From an uncultured Bacteroidota bacterium (GTDB lineage Bacteria; Bacteroidota; Bacteroidia; UKL13-3): DNA of 64,000 nucleotides. The notes under the pieces were generated by a model that was not told the DNA's origin, searched no databases, and saw only the letters and a list, made by a program, of their open reading frames with translations. Location: positions 3,420 to 67,419 of the forward strand of contig CAIUQQ010000216.1 of NCBI GenBank assembly GCA_903901345.1, written 5' to 3'. Shown one piece after another: positions 21,598 through 31,852 of this stretch (position 1 is its first letter; each line of letters begins with the position of its first letter). The translations under genes were made by a program, and so were the position numbers.

Positions 21598-22209
21598 ATG
21601 AAAATAATTTGCATAGGTCGTAATTACGCAGAACATGCTAAAGAATTAAATAATGCTATTCCTTCTGAGCCAGTATTTTTTATGAAACCTGATACGGCTT
21701 TATTAAGGGATGGCGAAGCTTTTTATTATCCTGATTTTACAAAAGATTTGCATCACGAAATTGAAATTGTGATTAAAATAAATAAGGTAGGTAAACATAT
21801 CGATCCTCAATTTGCTCATAAATATTATGATGAAATAGGACTTGGTATTGATTTCACTGCTAGAGATTTGCAATCTATTGCTAAAGAAAAAGGGTTACCT
21901 TGGGAAAAAGCAAAAGCTTTTGATGGTTCTGCACCACTTGGTAAATTCGTTAATAAATCAACATTAGGAAATTTAGCAGATATTAATTTTGAATTAAAAA
22001 TAAATGGTCAGTCTCGTCAAGTTGGAACAACAAAAGATATATTGTTTAGCTTCGATAATATCATTTCGTATGTATCAAAATTTGTGACGCTTAAAGTAGG
22101 TGATTTAATTTATACAGGAACACCATCTGGTGTAGGCCCAGTAAATATTGGAGATAAACTACAAGGATATATAAATGGCGATTTGTTTTTAGAATTTGAG
22201 GTGAAGTAA
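21598..22209 (+). CDS. Fumarylacetoacetate hydrolase (FAH) family protein
   Basis: MKIICIGRNYAEHAKEL...FFMKP and HHEIE/GTPSGVG motifs of the FAH fold. Confidence 0.85.
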   Translation: MKIICIGRNYAEHAKELNNAIPSEPVFFMKPDTALLRDGEAFYYPDFTKDLHHEIEIVIKINKVGKHIDPQFAHKYYDEIGLGIDFTARDLQSIAKEKGLPWEKAKAFDGSAPLGKFVNKSTLGNLADINFELKINGQSRQVGTTKDILFSFDNIISYVSKFVTLKVGDLIYTGTPSGVGPVNIGDKLQGYINGDLFLEFEVK

Positions 22210-23802
22210 TTATTCTTTAAAAAGCTTTATCGATTTTCCAGAATTATTTAAATTTCTTAAAAAATATATACCATTAGTTAATATTGAAAAATCTTGTTTT
22301 TCAATATTTGTACCGATATAGATGATCTGTCCTAAATTATTTGTTAATTCAAATTTATTGTTTTTCAAACTTGAATCTAATAAAATAAATGATGAGAAAG
22401 GGTTAGGATAAATTTTAGCTTTGTAGGTTTGTTGTAATTCATTTATACCGACTGTTGAACTGCAAAATGAACCAGAACCAACAAGTGTTGTCATTTCTGT
22501 ACACAAATAATTATAATTATTAATATCAGTTGCTGTCATAGAAGTAATTAACAAATCATTTGTTTCTAATGGATCAATTAATAAATTGTAAAATTCTTCT
22601 TTGCCATAATCAAATCTTATTAATTTGTAATCACTATTTCTCATGGCTTTTCCATCTGCAGAATCAGTTATTAATTTAAATATTTCGCAAAAAGCCCAAG
22701 GCCTAACGCTTGTTCCAGTATTTTTAATTATAGGAAATAAACTTTTACTATCTATTGGTTTAGAACTTGGTATTTGAGTTGGCCATGCTGTGTATTTAAA
22801 TAAATCTAATACAGTTGCAAAAATATCAGTTGTGTTAACTAATGCATCACTAGTTCTTCCCTGATTTACAACTGACGGTCCTGCTATTATAAAAGGTACA
22901 TGCACTCCGTATTGATAAACAGTTCCTTTTGCTTTAGTTAAATCAGCTATTTGTGCGGTTCGAGCAGTTTGACCATTATCACCTATAAAAATAACATCAG
23001 TGCTATCCATTTTATGCATCACACTCAACGAGTCAAATAATCTTCCAATTTCAGTATCCATTGCTTGTACCATAGCTTTAAAATAAGCTTTTGGATTAGC
23101 ATTAATATTTGGTGTTGTTCCCGATAATGTTGTAAATGTGTGTAAAGCCAAAGGTGGTAAATGCAAAGGTTCGTGAGGCGCATTAAATGCTAACCATAAA
23201 AAAAAGGGTTGTGATGGATTTAATGATTTTAACCAAGAGATTGAATTATTTACATTTTCAGTTGTTGCATAATTTGTGCAGTTGCTTGCTACGCCATTAG
23301 TATATTTAGTCCAATTTGTATAACTAGGTAATTGACCTATAAATGGACCTTCAAAGCGATCGTAACCCATTATATTTGGATTTAATAAATTAGAAGCTGG
23401 AGCAGGCTGATGTAAATGCCACTTACCAATATCGGCTTTTGCAATATTTGAATTATATTTTTTAAGTAACCGAGGAATCGTTATTTCTGATGTATCTAAT
23501 TGATTAGATCCTCCAGTTCCACCTACAATCCCTCCCACTCCGGTTCTAAAACTGTACCTACCTGTTAATATCCCTGATCGAGTTGCTGAGCAAACTGGAT
23601 TTGACATCGCGTTTTTAAAACGGACTCCTTTACTTAATAATGATTTTATGTTTGGAACATAAACTGTATCAGGTCCAACATCTTCATTATAACTAAAATA
23701 ATCAGTTCCTAAATCATCAGCAATAATTAATAATACATTACGTTGAGAAAAAATACTTGAAGTAAAAATAAATATATAGCAGGCAACAAATAAAGCTTTC
23801 AT
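22210..23802 (-). CDS. Sulfatase (formylglycine-dependent) with a T9SS C-terminal sorting domain
   Basis: LLIIADDLGTD, PVCSATRSGILTGRY (C-x-[PA]-x-R signature) and GKWH motifs. C-terminal roughly 80 aa (IYPNPFSS...IKLFKE) is a type IX secretion CTD. Confidence 0.85.
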   Translation of the reverse strand: MKALFVACYIFIFTSSIFSQRNVLLIIADDLGTDYFSYNEDVGPDTVYVPNIKSLLSKGVRFKNAMSNPVCSATRSGILTGRYSFRTGVGGIVGGTGGSNQLDTSEITIPRLLKKYNSNIAKADIGKWHLHQPAPASNLLNPNIMGYDRFEGPFIGQLPSYTNWTKYTNGVASNCTNYATTENVNNSISWLKSLNPSQPFFLWLAFNAPHEPLHLPPLALHTFTTLSGTTPNINANPKAYFKAMVQAMDTEIGRLFDSLSVMHKMDSTDVIFIGDNGQTARTAQIADLTKAKGTVYQYGVHVPFIIAGPSVVNQGRTSDALVNTTDIFATVLDLFKYTAWPTQIPSSKPIDSKSLFPIIKNTGTSVRPWAFCEIFKLITDSADGKAMRNSDYKLIRFDYGKEEFYNLLIDPLETNDLLITSMTATDINNYNYLCTEMTTLVGSGSFCSSTVGINELQQTYKAKIYPNPFSSFILLDSSLKNNKFELTNNLGQIIYIGTNIEKQDFSILTNGIYFLRNLNNSGKSIKLFKE

Positions 23803-23822
23803 AAACGACGATGTTAAAAAAA

Positions 23823-24464
23823 TTATTTTCTTAAATATATTTGACAGCCTATTGATTTCGTTTCTCTTTCAGTGACTTCTTTACCATTTAGTAATTCTTC
23901 AACAGCATTGGATACAAAATGAGTTTTTACTTTTTCGGGTTCCATACCATTGTCGTCAATTGCGCCATTATATTTTACAATCCAATTTCCATTTATTTTC
24001 CAAATAACGAAAGCATGAGGTGTTTTTTGAGCCTTAAAATTTTTTGCAACAACTTGAGTTCCGTCAAATAAATAAGGAAAATTAAAATGTTCCTTATTTG
24101 ATTTCTGTCGCATTTTCCTATAGGTGTCTTCTTCGTAGCTAATTGTGTCCGTTGAACTAATGGCAATTAAAGGAACCCCTAATGCTTTGTATTTTGAATT
24201 CATTTCATTAAATCTTTGTGGATACAATTTAGCAAACGGACAATGATTACAAGTAAAAATGATAATGAAGCCTTTAGCATCAGGATAATTACTTAATGAC
24301 ACTTGTTTTCCATCTATATTTTGTAATTTAAAATCAGTAACAATTTGTTCATTATCAGCATTAGTATAACCACAAACCATTGCGGATGATAAAACTACAA
24401 CGACAAATATTATTATTTTATTAAATACAAATTTCATATACATTTTAATTAAAAAAATGATCAC
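23823..24464 (-). CDS. Exported thioredoxin-fold (redoxin/TlpA-like) protein
   Basis: Signal/TM helix followed by a CNHCPF active-site-like motif within a thioredoxin-like length. Confidence 0.6.
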   Translation of the reverse strand: MIIFLIKMYMKFVFNKIIIFVVVVLSSAMVCGYTNADNEQIVTDFKLQNIDGKQVSLSNYPDAKGFIIIFTCNHCPFAKLYPQRFNEMNSKYKALGVPLIAISSTDTISYEEDTYRKMRQKSNKEHFNFPYLFDGTQVVAKNFKAQKTPHAFVIWKINGNWIVKYNGAIDDNGMEPEKVKTHFVSNAVEELLNGKEVTERETKSIGCQIYLRK

Positions 24465-24477
24465 GAAAGAATTGACA

Positions 24478-26246
24478 TTACTGTTTTATGAATTTTTTAA
24501 TGGTAGTTAATTTTGTAGCATCATCTGTTAATTCTATAAAATATATTCCTGCTGCTAAACTACTTATATCTAATCCTCTTTCTAATTCTGGACGCGGTAA
24601 CATAAATAATGTTTTACCTACAGCGTTTGTAATTCTTATATAATATGCCTGCATTGTAGGGTCAACAAAAGACACAAATAACTTATCGTTAGCAGGATTT
24701 GGATATAAAAAAAAGTCTTTACCATTTTTTTGATATTGAGTAATTCCTGTCGGAGCACTTTGATCTTTTACTACAAATTGGCCCATCATTCCTTCATCTT
24801 CGTGCAAGGAAATATGACAATGAAACATAAATGGATGTATACTATCGGCATAATCATCAAACTTGGCAATAAATTTAACTACACTTGGTGTTCCACCTCC
24901 ACCCCCTGGACCAGGTCCAGCTCCAGTTGCACCGGGCACAACTACCACATCTTTCCAACCAGCTTGAGCAGCAGCAGGAGCAACACCATTAACTGAAATG
25001 ATATTAAATTCTACATCATGAATGTGAAATGGATGAGTAAAAACTCCTGAATTAGTTATTTGCCAAATCTCTGTGTTGTTTAATGGAACATTATAATCTA
25101 TTTGATTAATGTTAAATAATTTATGATTGATGATAAATGCATTTGGTCCTAAAATAGTTGTACTAGTTACACCAGCACTATCACTAATGGTTACAGATCT
25201 AGTAATTGCTGCATTAGCAGAACTCAATAAAGTATTGGTTCGTAAGGCAGTTGGAATGGTTGTAATAGGATTAGGATTAGTTGTTTGCGCAACCACATTT
25301 AAATGCACCATCACAAAATCTTTTTTGCCTAAGTAATTTGCAAATGGTCCATTTGGAAAATTCTCGCTACCCGCTACAAAATTTGCTAAAGTTGAATTGT
25401 AGGCTTTTAAATCAAATGATTGTCCTGACTGACCATTAAAACTTACTAATATTTCAATGCGTTCACCTGGATGTAATTCATAACGCGTTACTGATACAGG
25501 AGCATTTAATAATCCGCCATCACTAGTTATAACTGAAAAACTTCTATTGTCGCTAAATCCAATATTATAAGCTCTTTCAATAGCCCATTTAAAATTCTGA
25601 AACGAACAATTTGAGCAGGGACATTGCATTTTGCTCTTAATGTTCCATTCACCAACATACTGTCTCCATAAGGAACCACACTAAATTGATTTGAAGCTGT
25701 GAAGTCTCTATCTGTCAAAACTAATGGAATATCATCAACTCCATAAGTTCTGGGAAGTGCTAAAGCTCTTTCAACTGGATCTCTAACAATAATTAAACCT
25801 CCAAGACCTTTTGTAATTTGATCCATAGTCATTTCATGAAGGTGTGGATGATACCAATATGTTGCAGCATCGTTGCTTACTTTCCAATATGGTTTCCATA
25901 TAGTACCAGGAGGAATTACTTGATGAGGACCACCATCCATTACTGCTGGCAAATGCATTCCATGCCAGTGTATAGTTGTCGAGTCATTTAAATAATTATG
26001 AACATTAAAATGTACTGAATCTCCTTTTTGAATAAAAATGGTTGGTCCCCAAAAATTACCATTAATACCCCCAGTAATAGTCTGATTGCCTGTATTTACA
26101 ATTTGTCTAAAGGTATCTTTAACTGCTAAATTAAAATTGTTTCCAGATAAAGTATCTGGTATCCAAAGCGTATTATAAGATTGAGCATTAGTTTTACTAC
26201 TTATAAAAAATATACTAATGATAGTGATAAATAATTTAGTTTTCAT
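24478..26246 (-). pseudogene. Multicopper oxidase (CueO/laccase-like) with T9SS C-terminal domain, interrupted by a 1-nt frameshift. The N-terminal ORF is 26246..25527 and the C-terminal ORF is 25629..24478; they overlap in different frames.
   Basis: N-terminal ORF has copper site 1/2 motifs (HWHGMHLP, WYHPHLH). C-terminal ORF has HPFHIHDVEF and HCHISLHEDEGMMGQF plus a T9SS CTD. The two frames join if one G is added at the GGG run (plus-strand CCC 25584-25586), which restores ...RFRILNG-AIERAYNIGFSDNR... Confidence 0.75.
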
Positions 26247-26411
26247 GATGCTATAATTAAATATTAAATAAATGATAATTCGAAAGTAATGATTAATTTA
26301 AAACATTAAATAATATATGAGATTAATATCTATTATTTTGAGGTAAAGTAAAATATTATAAAAATTGAAATTCTTATTAAATGATTAACTTTACTTAATA
26401 TATAAAGTACT

Positions 26412-27410
26412 ATGAAAAAAATAAATGTTGCCATTAATGGCTTCGGACGCATTGGACGCGTTTTTTTTAGAATTGCATTTGAAAATCCTAATATTAATAT
26501 TATTGCTATTAATGACATTACCGATTCTGAAACTTTAGCGCATTTATTAAAATACGATTCTGTTCACCGAAAATTTAATGGGGAGGTGAAACATGATGCG
26601 AACCATTTATATGTAAATGGAAAAGAAATTAAAATATTTGCTTCTAAAGATCCTGAAAATTTGCCTTGGAAATCATTAGATATAGATATTGTAATTGAAT
26701 CAACGGGGTTATTTTTAGATAAAGTCTCTGCTCAAAAGCACTTAAATGCTGGTGCTAAAAAAATTATATTATCAGCTCCCGCTAAAGACGATGATATTAA
26801 AACTATTGTTTTAGGAGTTAATGATTATTTATTAACGAAAGAAGATGTTATTGTTTCTAATGCATCTTGCACCACTAATTGCGCGGCACCGATGCTTAAG
26901 GTTTTAAAACAATGGGGCATTGAAGAGGCTTATATTACAACAGTTCATTCTTACACTGGCGATCAACGCCTACATGATGCACCACATAAAGATTTGAGAA
27001 GAGCTCGTGCTGCAGCAATGAGTATTATTCCTACTAGCACTGGTGCAGCTAAAGCCTTAGGTAAAATTTTTCCTGATTTAGAGGATAAATTAGGTGGTTG
27101 TGGTATGCGTGTTCCTGTGCCAGATGGTTCATTAACAGATATTACCTGCGTGCTAACTCAATATCCAAGTGTTGAGCAAATTAATGAAGCATTTTTAAAG
27201 GCAGCGAACTCTGATTTAAAAAATATTTTAGAATATACAGAAGATCCTTTAGTTTCAATTGATGTTATTGGAAATACGCACTCTGTTGTATTTGATTCTG
27301 ACTTTACAAGTGTTGTTGGTAATCTAGTTAAAATAATTGGATGGTATGATAATGAATTTGGTTACAGCAGTCGCTTAGTAGATCTTGTTTTAAAAATGGG
27401 AAATTTATAA
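26412..27410 (+). CDS. gap: Glyceraldehyde-3-phosphate dehydrogenase, type I
   Basis: INGFGRIGR N-terminus, ASCTTNCAAP catalytic-cysteine motif, and WYDNEFGYS C-terminus. Confidence 0.92.
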   Translation: MKKINVAINGFGRIGRVFFRIAFENPNINIIAINDITDSETLAHLLKYDSVHRKFNGEVKHDANHLYVNGKEIKIFASKDPENLPWKSLDIDIVIESTGLFLDKVSAQKHLNAGAKKIILSAPAKDDDIKTIVLGVNDYLLTKEDVIVSNASCTTNCAAPMLKVLKQWGIEEAYITTVHSYTGDQRLHDAPHKDLRRARAAAMSIIPTSTGAAKALGKIFPDLEDKLGGCGMRVPVPDGSLTDITCVLTQYPSVEQINEAFLKAANSDLKNILEYTEDPLVSIDVIGNTHSVVFDSDFTSVVGNLVKIIGWYDNEFGYSSRLVDLVLKMGNL

Positions 27411-27429
27411 AACAGATTAAATCAAAAAA

Positions 27430-27462
27430 AAGCCATATCATTAGACATGGCTTTCTTTTAAA
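27430..27462. terminator. Putative bidirectional intrinsic terminator between gap and the convergent small lipoprotein gene
   Basis: Inverted repeat AAGCCAT...ATGGCTT flanked by A and T runs. Confidence 0.5.
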
Positions 27463-27476
27463 ATATAAAACTTAAA

Positions 27477-27731
27477 CTAGCTTAATGTACAAGCTTTTGT
27501 TGATACATAAGTTCCGCTAGAAGTAGTTTGAGTTGATACATCTGTTTTTGGACAAACAACATTAGCATCTCCGCTTGAAACTGCATCCATTGACGTTACA
27601 TCAGTTCCAGTATTACCATAAGCATTACCGTTATATGTTTGAGTAGTTGTACAAGTACAAGTTTTAGCTTTGCTACAAGAAGCAAAAGACACTGCGATAA
27701 ACGCAACTGCAATTAATGTGATTTTTTTCAT
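27477..27731 (-). CDS. Small Thr/Ser-rich cysteine-containing lipoprotein, paralog 1 (84 aa)
   Basis: MKKITLIAVAFIAVSFASC lipobox. Mature part has four conserved Cys (CTC...CPKT...C-TLS). Confidence 0.6.
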   Translation of the reverse strand: MKKITLIAVAFIAVSFASCSKAKTCTCTTTQTYNGNAYGNTGTDVTSMDAVSSGDANVVCPKTDVSTQTTSSGTYVSTKACTLS

Positions 27732-27777
27732 TTTTTATGTTTTTTTAAATGTTTTTAAAAAGTTTTTTATGAACTGA

Positions 27778-28002
27778 CTAACTTAACGTACAAGATTCTG
27801 TTGATGTACTATTACCGTTAGTAGTTGTTCTTGTTTTAGGACAAGCTATATTTGCACTACTGCTTCCAATATTGTCATAAGTAGTTACGTCTGTAATAGT
27901 TGAATTACCAGACGTATAAGTGCAAGTACAAGTTTTAGCTTTGCTACAAGAAGCAAAAGATACTGCGATAAAAGCAGCTGCAATTAATGTGATTTTTTTC
28001 AT
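27778..28002 (-). CDS. Small Thr/Ser-rich cysteine-containing lipoprotein, paralog 2 (74 aa)
   Basis: Signal peptide almost identical to paralog 1 (MKKITLIAAAFIAVSFASC). Same Cys spacing and same C-terminal CTLS. Confidence 0.6.
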   Translation of the reverse strand: MKKITLIAAAFIAVSFASCSKAKTCTCTYTSGNSTITDVTTYDNIGSSSANIACPKTRTTTNGNSTSTESCTLS

Positions 28003-28174
28003 GTTTGATTTTTTTTAAAATTTATAATAATTAAAAGTAACATTTTTTAGTATTCAAAACAAAATTTTTTAATTAATAAGCATGTGATTTTAAACATTGG
28101 TTGGTTTAAAACAACTTATATACCTCTAAATATGTTTTGGTTTGAAATTGAAACTCTGATTTGCATTAATTTTT

Positions 28175-29449
28175 CTAATTTGCTGGTAAAACTTTGGCTT
28201 TACATTCACCAAATCCTACACGTATGTTTTCATTCTGGCAGTATCCGCGTAAAATAACAGTATCATGATCATTAATAAACTTTCGTTCACTTCCATCATT
28301 CAGTTTTAATGGTTTCGTTCCTTTCCAGCTAAGTTCCATCATACTGCCATATTCATGTGGTTCTGGACCGCTAATTGTACCACTTCCCATCATGTCACCA
28401 ATATTAACATTACAACCATTAATGGTATGATGCGCCAATTGTTGCTCCATTGTCCAATACATATATTTGTAATTAGAATTACAAATAACGGTTTCGGAAC
28501 TATTTTCAGGCATAATAGCTACTTCTAGTTTTATATCAATATTCTTATTTCCTCTGTATTCTAAATAAGGGAACACTTTAGGTTCTTGAGTATATCCTTT
28601 TGTTCTGAATGGTTCTAAAGCATCCAACGTTACAACCCAAGCAGAAATTGTACTTGCAAAGTTCTTTGATAAAAATGGCCCTAATGGAATATATTCCCAT
28701 GTTTGAATATCTCTTGCACTCCAATCATTAAATAAAACCATTCCAAAAATATAATCATCAGCTTTTTCAGTACTAATACTTTCTCCTAAAGTTGTTGATT
28801 TCCCTACAATATAAGCTGTTTCCAATTCAAAGTCTAATAATTTACTAGGTCCAAATGTTGGGAATTCAGAATCGGCAGGTTTTTGTTGACCTTTTGGGCG
28901 ATGAAATGTATGTCCGCTCACACAAATGCTTGATCCACGACCATGATAACCAACTGGAATGTATTTCCAATTTGGCATTAACGCATTTTTTGGATCTCTA
29001 ATCATCGTGCCAATATTTGTTGCATGATCAATACTGCTATAAAAATCTGTATAATCGCCTACTTTAACAGGTAATAAGTTTTCTACATCTTTTAACTGCA
29101 AGAATGAAGCAGTGTATTTTTGATTAATATCCTTATTACTTTCTTTAAATAGTTCTATAATTTCTAATCGAACTGCTGAAGTAACTGTTTTACCTAATGC
29201 AATAAAATCGTTTAAATACAGATTAGTTAAAGTTGATTTATCAAATCCTTTAATACTTGAAAAAGCACCTAAATCAGCCAAAACAGACAAATCAACTATA
29301 GTATCTCCAATTCGAGTTGAGACAGATATATGTTGTGTTTTAAGGTGTTTAATAATCCCAAAAGGAATGTTTTGAATCGAAAAATCAGAATCTGCTGAAA
29401 TAGATATCCAGCTTTTTGCTAAAGAGTTCATGTGTAAAATATTTTGCAC
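28175..29449 (-). CDS. Fumarylacetoacetase (tyrosine catabolism, FahA)
   Basis: N-terminal IPFGI...domain plus C-terminal FAH-fold catalytic region (...GSGTISGPEP...). Length about 420 aa. Confidence 0.8.
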   Translation of the reverse strand: MQNILHMNSLAKSWISISADSDFSIQNIPFGIIKHLKTQHISVSTRIGDTIVDLSVLADLGAFSSIKGFDKSTLTNLYLNDFIALGKTVTSAVRLEIIELFKESNKDINQKYTASFLQLKDVENLLPVKVGDYTDFYSSIDHATNIGTMIRDPKNALMPNWKYIPVGYHGRGSSICVSGHTFHRPKGQQKPADSEFPTFGPSKLLDFELETAYIVGKSTTLGESISTEKADDYIFGMVLFNDWSARDIQTWEYIPLGPFLSKNFASTISAWVVTLDALEPFRTKGYTQEPKVFPYLEYRGNKNIDIKLEVAIMPENSSETVICNSNYKYMYWTMEQQLAHHTINGCNVNIGDMMGSGTISGPEPHEYGSMMELSWKGTKPLKLNDGSERKFINDHDTVILRGYCQNENIRVGFGECKAKVLPAN

Positions 29450-29504
29450 GAATATACTCTCATTAAAGTTAAAATAAAAAAAGAAATGATGACTTAATTT
29501 GCTA

Positions 29505-30467
29505 TTATTTCAATTGTTCAATAATGGCTTCAATACTCATACCGTCAGCCTCAGCTTTATAATTACGAATAATCCGATGTCTTAAAATAGAATTAGCAAC
29601 CGCTTTCACATCTTCAATATCTGGACTATATTTTCCATTAATTACAGCATGACATTTCGCTCCTAGCACCAAAAACTGTGATGCTCTTGGTCCTGCGCCC
29701 CATGCCAAATATTTTTTAGTCACATCAGCGCTAAACTCAGAATTTAAACGTGTTTTATTTACCAATTTTACAGCATATTCTAATACGTTATCGGCTACAG
29801 GTATTTTACGTATTAAGTTTTGGAAAAAAATAATTTCTTCACCAGAAATAATTTTATTTAATTCTACTTTTTTATCGGTAGTTGTGTTTTTAACTACTTC
29901 TAATTCTTCGGCAAAGCTCGGATAATCTAACCAAACATTAAACATAAAACGATCGAGTTGAGCTTCCGGTAAGGGATATGTTCCTTCTTGCTCAATAGGA
30001 TTTTGTGTTGCTAATACAAAAAAGGGATTTCCCAATTCGTATTTTTTGCCAGCAGCTGTTACGCAACGTTCCTGCATGGCCTCTAATAAAGCGGCTTGCG
30101 TTTTAGGTGGCGTACGGTTAATTTCATCTGCTAATACTATATTAGCAAATAAAGGTCCTTTAATGAATTTAAAATTACGGTGTTCATCTAATATCTCTGA
30201 ACCTACTATATCGCTTGGCATTAAATCCGGTGTAAATTGTATTCTACTAAACGATAAACCTAATACATCTGATATAGTATTAACCAATAAAGTTTTTGCT
30301 AATCCAGGAACTCCTACCAATAAGCAATGCCCTCTACAAAAAATAGAGATCAATACATTTTTAATGGTGTCATTTTGACCAACTATCACTTTTGCTATTT
30401 CAGTATTCAGTTCTTTATATTTTACTACAAAGGCATCTATTGCTTCAACATCGTTTTTATATTCCAT
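29505..30467 (-). CDS. MoxR-family AAA+ ATPase
   Basis: GVPGLAKT Walker A, VLADEINR Walker B, and a MoxR-type C-terminal domain. Confidence 0.9.
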   Translation of the reverse strand: MEYKNDVEAIDAFVVKYKELNTEIAKVIVGQNDTIKNVLISIFCRGHCLLVGVPGLAKTLLVNTISDVLGLSFSRIQFTPDLMPSDIVGSEILDEHRNFKFIKGPLFANIVLADEINRTPPKTQAALLEAMQERCVTAAGKKYELGNPFFVLATQNPIEQEGTYPLPEAQLDRFMFNVWLDYPSFAEELEVVKNTTTDKKVELNKIISGEEIIFFQNLIRKIPVADNVLEYAVKLVNKTRLNSEFSADVTKKYLAWGAGPRASQFLVLGAKCHAVINGKYSPDIEDVKAVANSILRHRIIRNYKAEADGMSIEAIIEQLK

Positions 30468-30499
30468 GGTCTTAATTTAAAAAATAAAATTCTTAATAA

Positions 30500-31843
30500 T
30501 TACGGATTGATTGTCCAATTATATTCTAGTTTGCATGTATTGAATTCATTATCAATTTTTATATACGTGTTTTTTGATTTTTTAGCAATCCAATCTGTAA
30601 TAGCAGTTTTTTGATGAGCGAAAGTTGCCATGTTTAATAATTTTATATAGTCATCCTTCATGTTTGCCTTATGTGGTTCGGTTCGTGACTTCAAATATAA
30701 AATTCTCCATGCTTGTTTTGCATCAGCCCCTGTATATTGAATAACAGGACTCACATCTCCTACTTTCATTTCATTTTCAAACATAAAAACTAGTTTTGGA
30801 TCCATTTGACCAACATCTTCTAATTCCCATTTAATACTGTTAGTTGCAGGGTTTAATAATAAACCGCCATTTTGTTTCGTATCATTATCATCGCTATATT
30901 TTAAAGCAGCATCTTTAAATGAAATTTCACCATTTAAAATTTTAGTTCTAATCGTATCTATTTGTTGTCTGGCTTTAAATACATCTGCTGATGATACCTT
31001 AGGAGACATTAAAATGTGGCGAACATCAACTGATTCTCCTTTACGAGCAACTAATTGTATAAAGTGAAAACCATACGTTGTACTAAATATTTCAGATACT
31101 TCGCCTGCTTTTAATCTGAATGCTACGGCTTCAAATTCTGGAACAAATTGGCCACGCATAACTGATTCGTAGCGTCCGCCATTTTTTGCTGAACCTGGAT
31201 CTTCGCTATACAAAGCTGCTAATACGCTCATGCTTTCACCTTTTAATACACGCTGTCTGTATACTTCCAATTGTTCCCTTACCTGCGTTTTTTCTTCGTC
31301 AGTTACAGGAGGATTTTTAACAAGATGCCCAATTTCTAATTCCGAATTCACTAAAGGTAAACTATCAATTGGCACTGAATTAAAAAAGGTACGTACTTCG
31401 TTGGGTGTTAATTTTGTATCTCCTGTAATTTTTTGTTGCATTTTTTGAGCCATTAATTGATTTTTGACATCATCTCTTAACTCATCTTTAAATACTGAAA
31501 TTCTTTTTCCGTAAAACTCTTCAAATTTTTCTTCACTACCAAGCATTCCTACATAGTATTGAATACGACGATTTAACTCTCCATCAACTTCACCATCAGA
31601 AACTGTAATACTGTCTCTATCCGCTTGCGCCAATAATAATTTTTGAAATAATAAATCTTCAAATACTTTACATTTTGAATAATTTGATTTTTCCTTTTCT
31701 TTTTGCTGCAATAAAGTAGTTTCAACCTCAGATAATAATAAAGGGTTTTTACCAATAATAGCAATTACTTTATCTAAAATTTGTGGTTGAGCAAAGCTTA
31801 TCGATGATAATAATAAGAAGGATATTAAGAGTTTAAAGTTCAT
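30500..31843 (-). CDS. SurA-like periplasmic peptidyl-prolyl isomerase / chaperone (parvulin domain)
   Basis: Signal peptide, SurA N-terminal chaperone region, and PpiC-type motifs (TTYGFHFIQL). Confidence 0.75.
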   Translation of the reverse strand: MNFKLLISFLLLSSISFAQPQILDKVIAIIGKNPLLLSEVETTLLQQKEKEKSNYSKCKVFEDLLFQKLLLAQADRDSITVSDGEVDGELNRRIQYYVGMLGSEEKFEEFYGKRISVFKDELRDDVKNQLMAQKMQQKITGDTKLTPNEVRTFFNSVPIDSLPLVNSELEIGHLVKNPPVTDEEKTQVREQLEVYRQRVLKGESMSVLAALYSEDPGSAKNGGRYESVMRGQFVPEFEAVAFRLKAGEVSEIFSTTYGFHFIQLVARKGESVDVRHILMSPKVSSADVFKARQQIDTIRTKILNGEISFKDAALKYSDDNDTKQNGGLLLNPATNSIKWELEDVGQMDPKLVFMFENEMKVGDVSPVIQYTGADAKQAWRILYLKSRTEPHKANMKDDYIKLLNMATFAHQKTAITDWIAKKSKNTYIKIDNEFNTCKLEYNWTINP

Positions 31844-31852
31844 TTTACTAAA

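Noticed and set aside
22210-23802. Sulfatase active site C-S-A-T-R (Ala instead of Pro) as a possible inactive variant
   Set aside because: The accepted signature is (C/S)-x-(P/A)-x-R, so Ala at that position is a normal variant.
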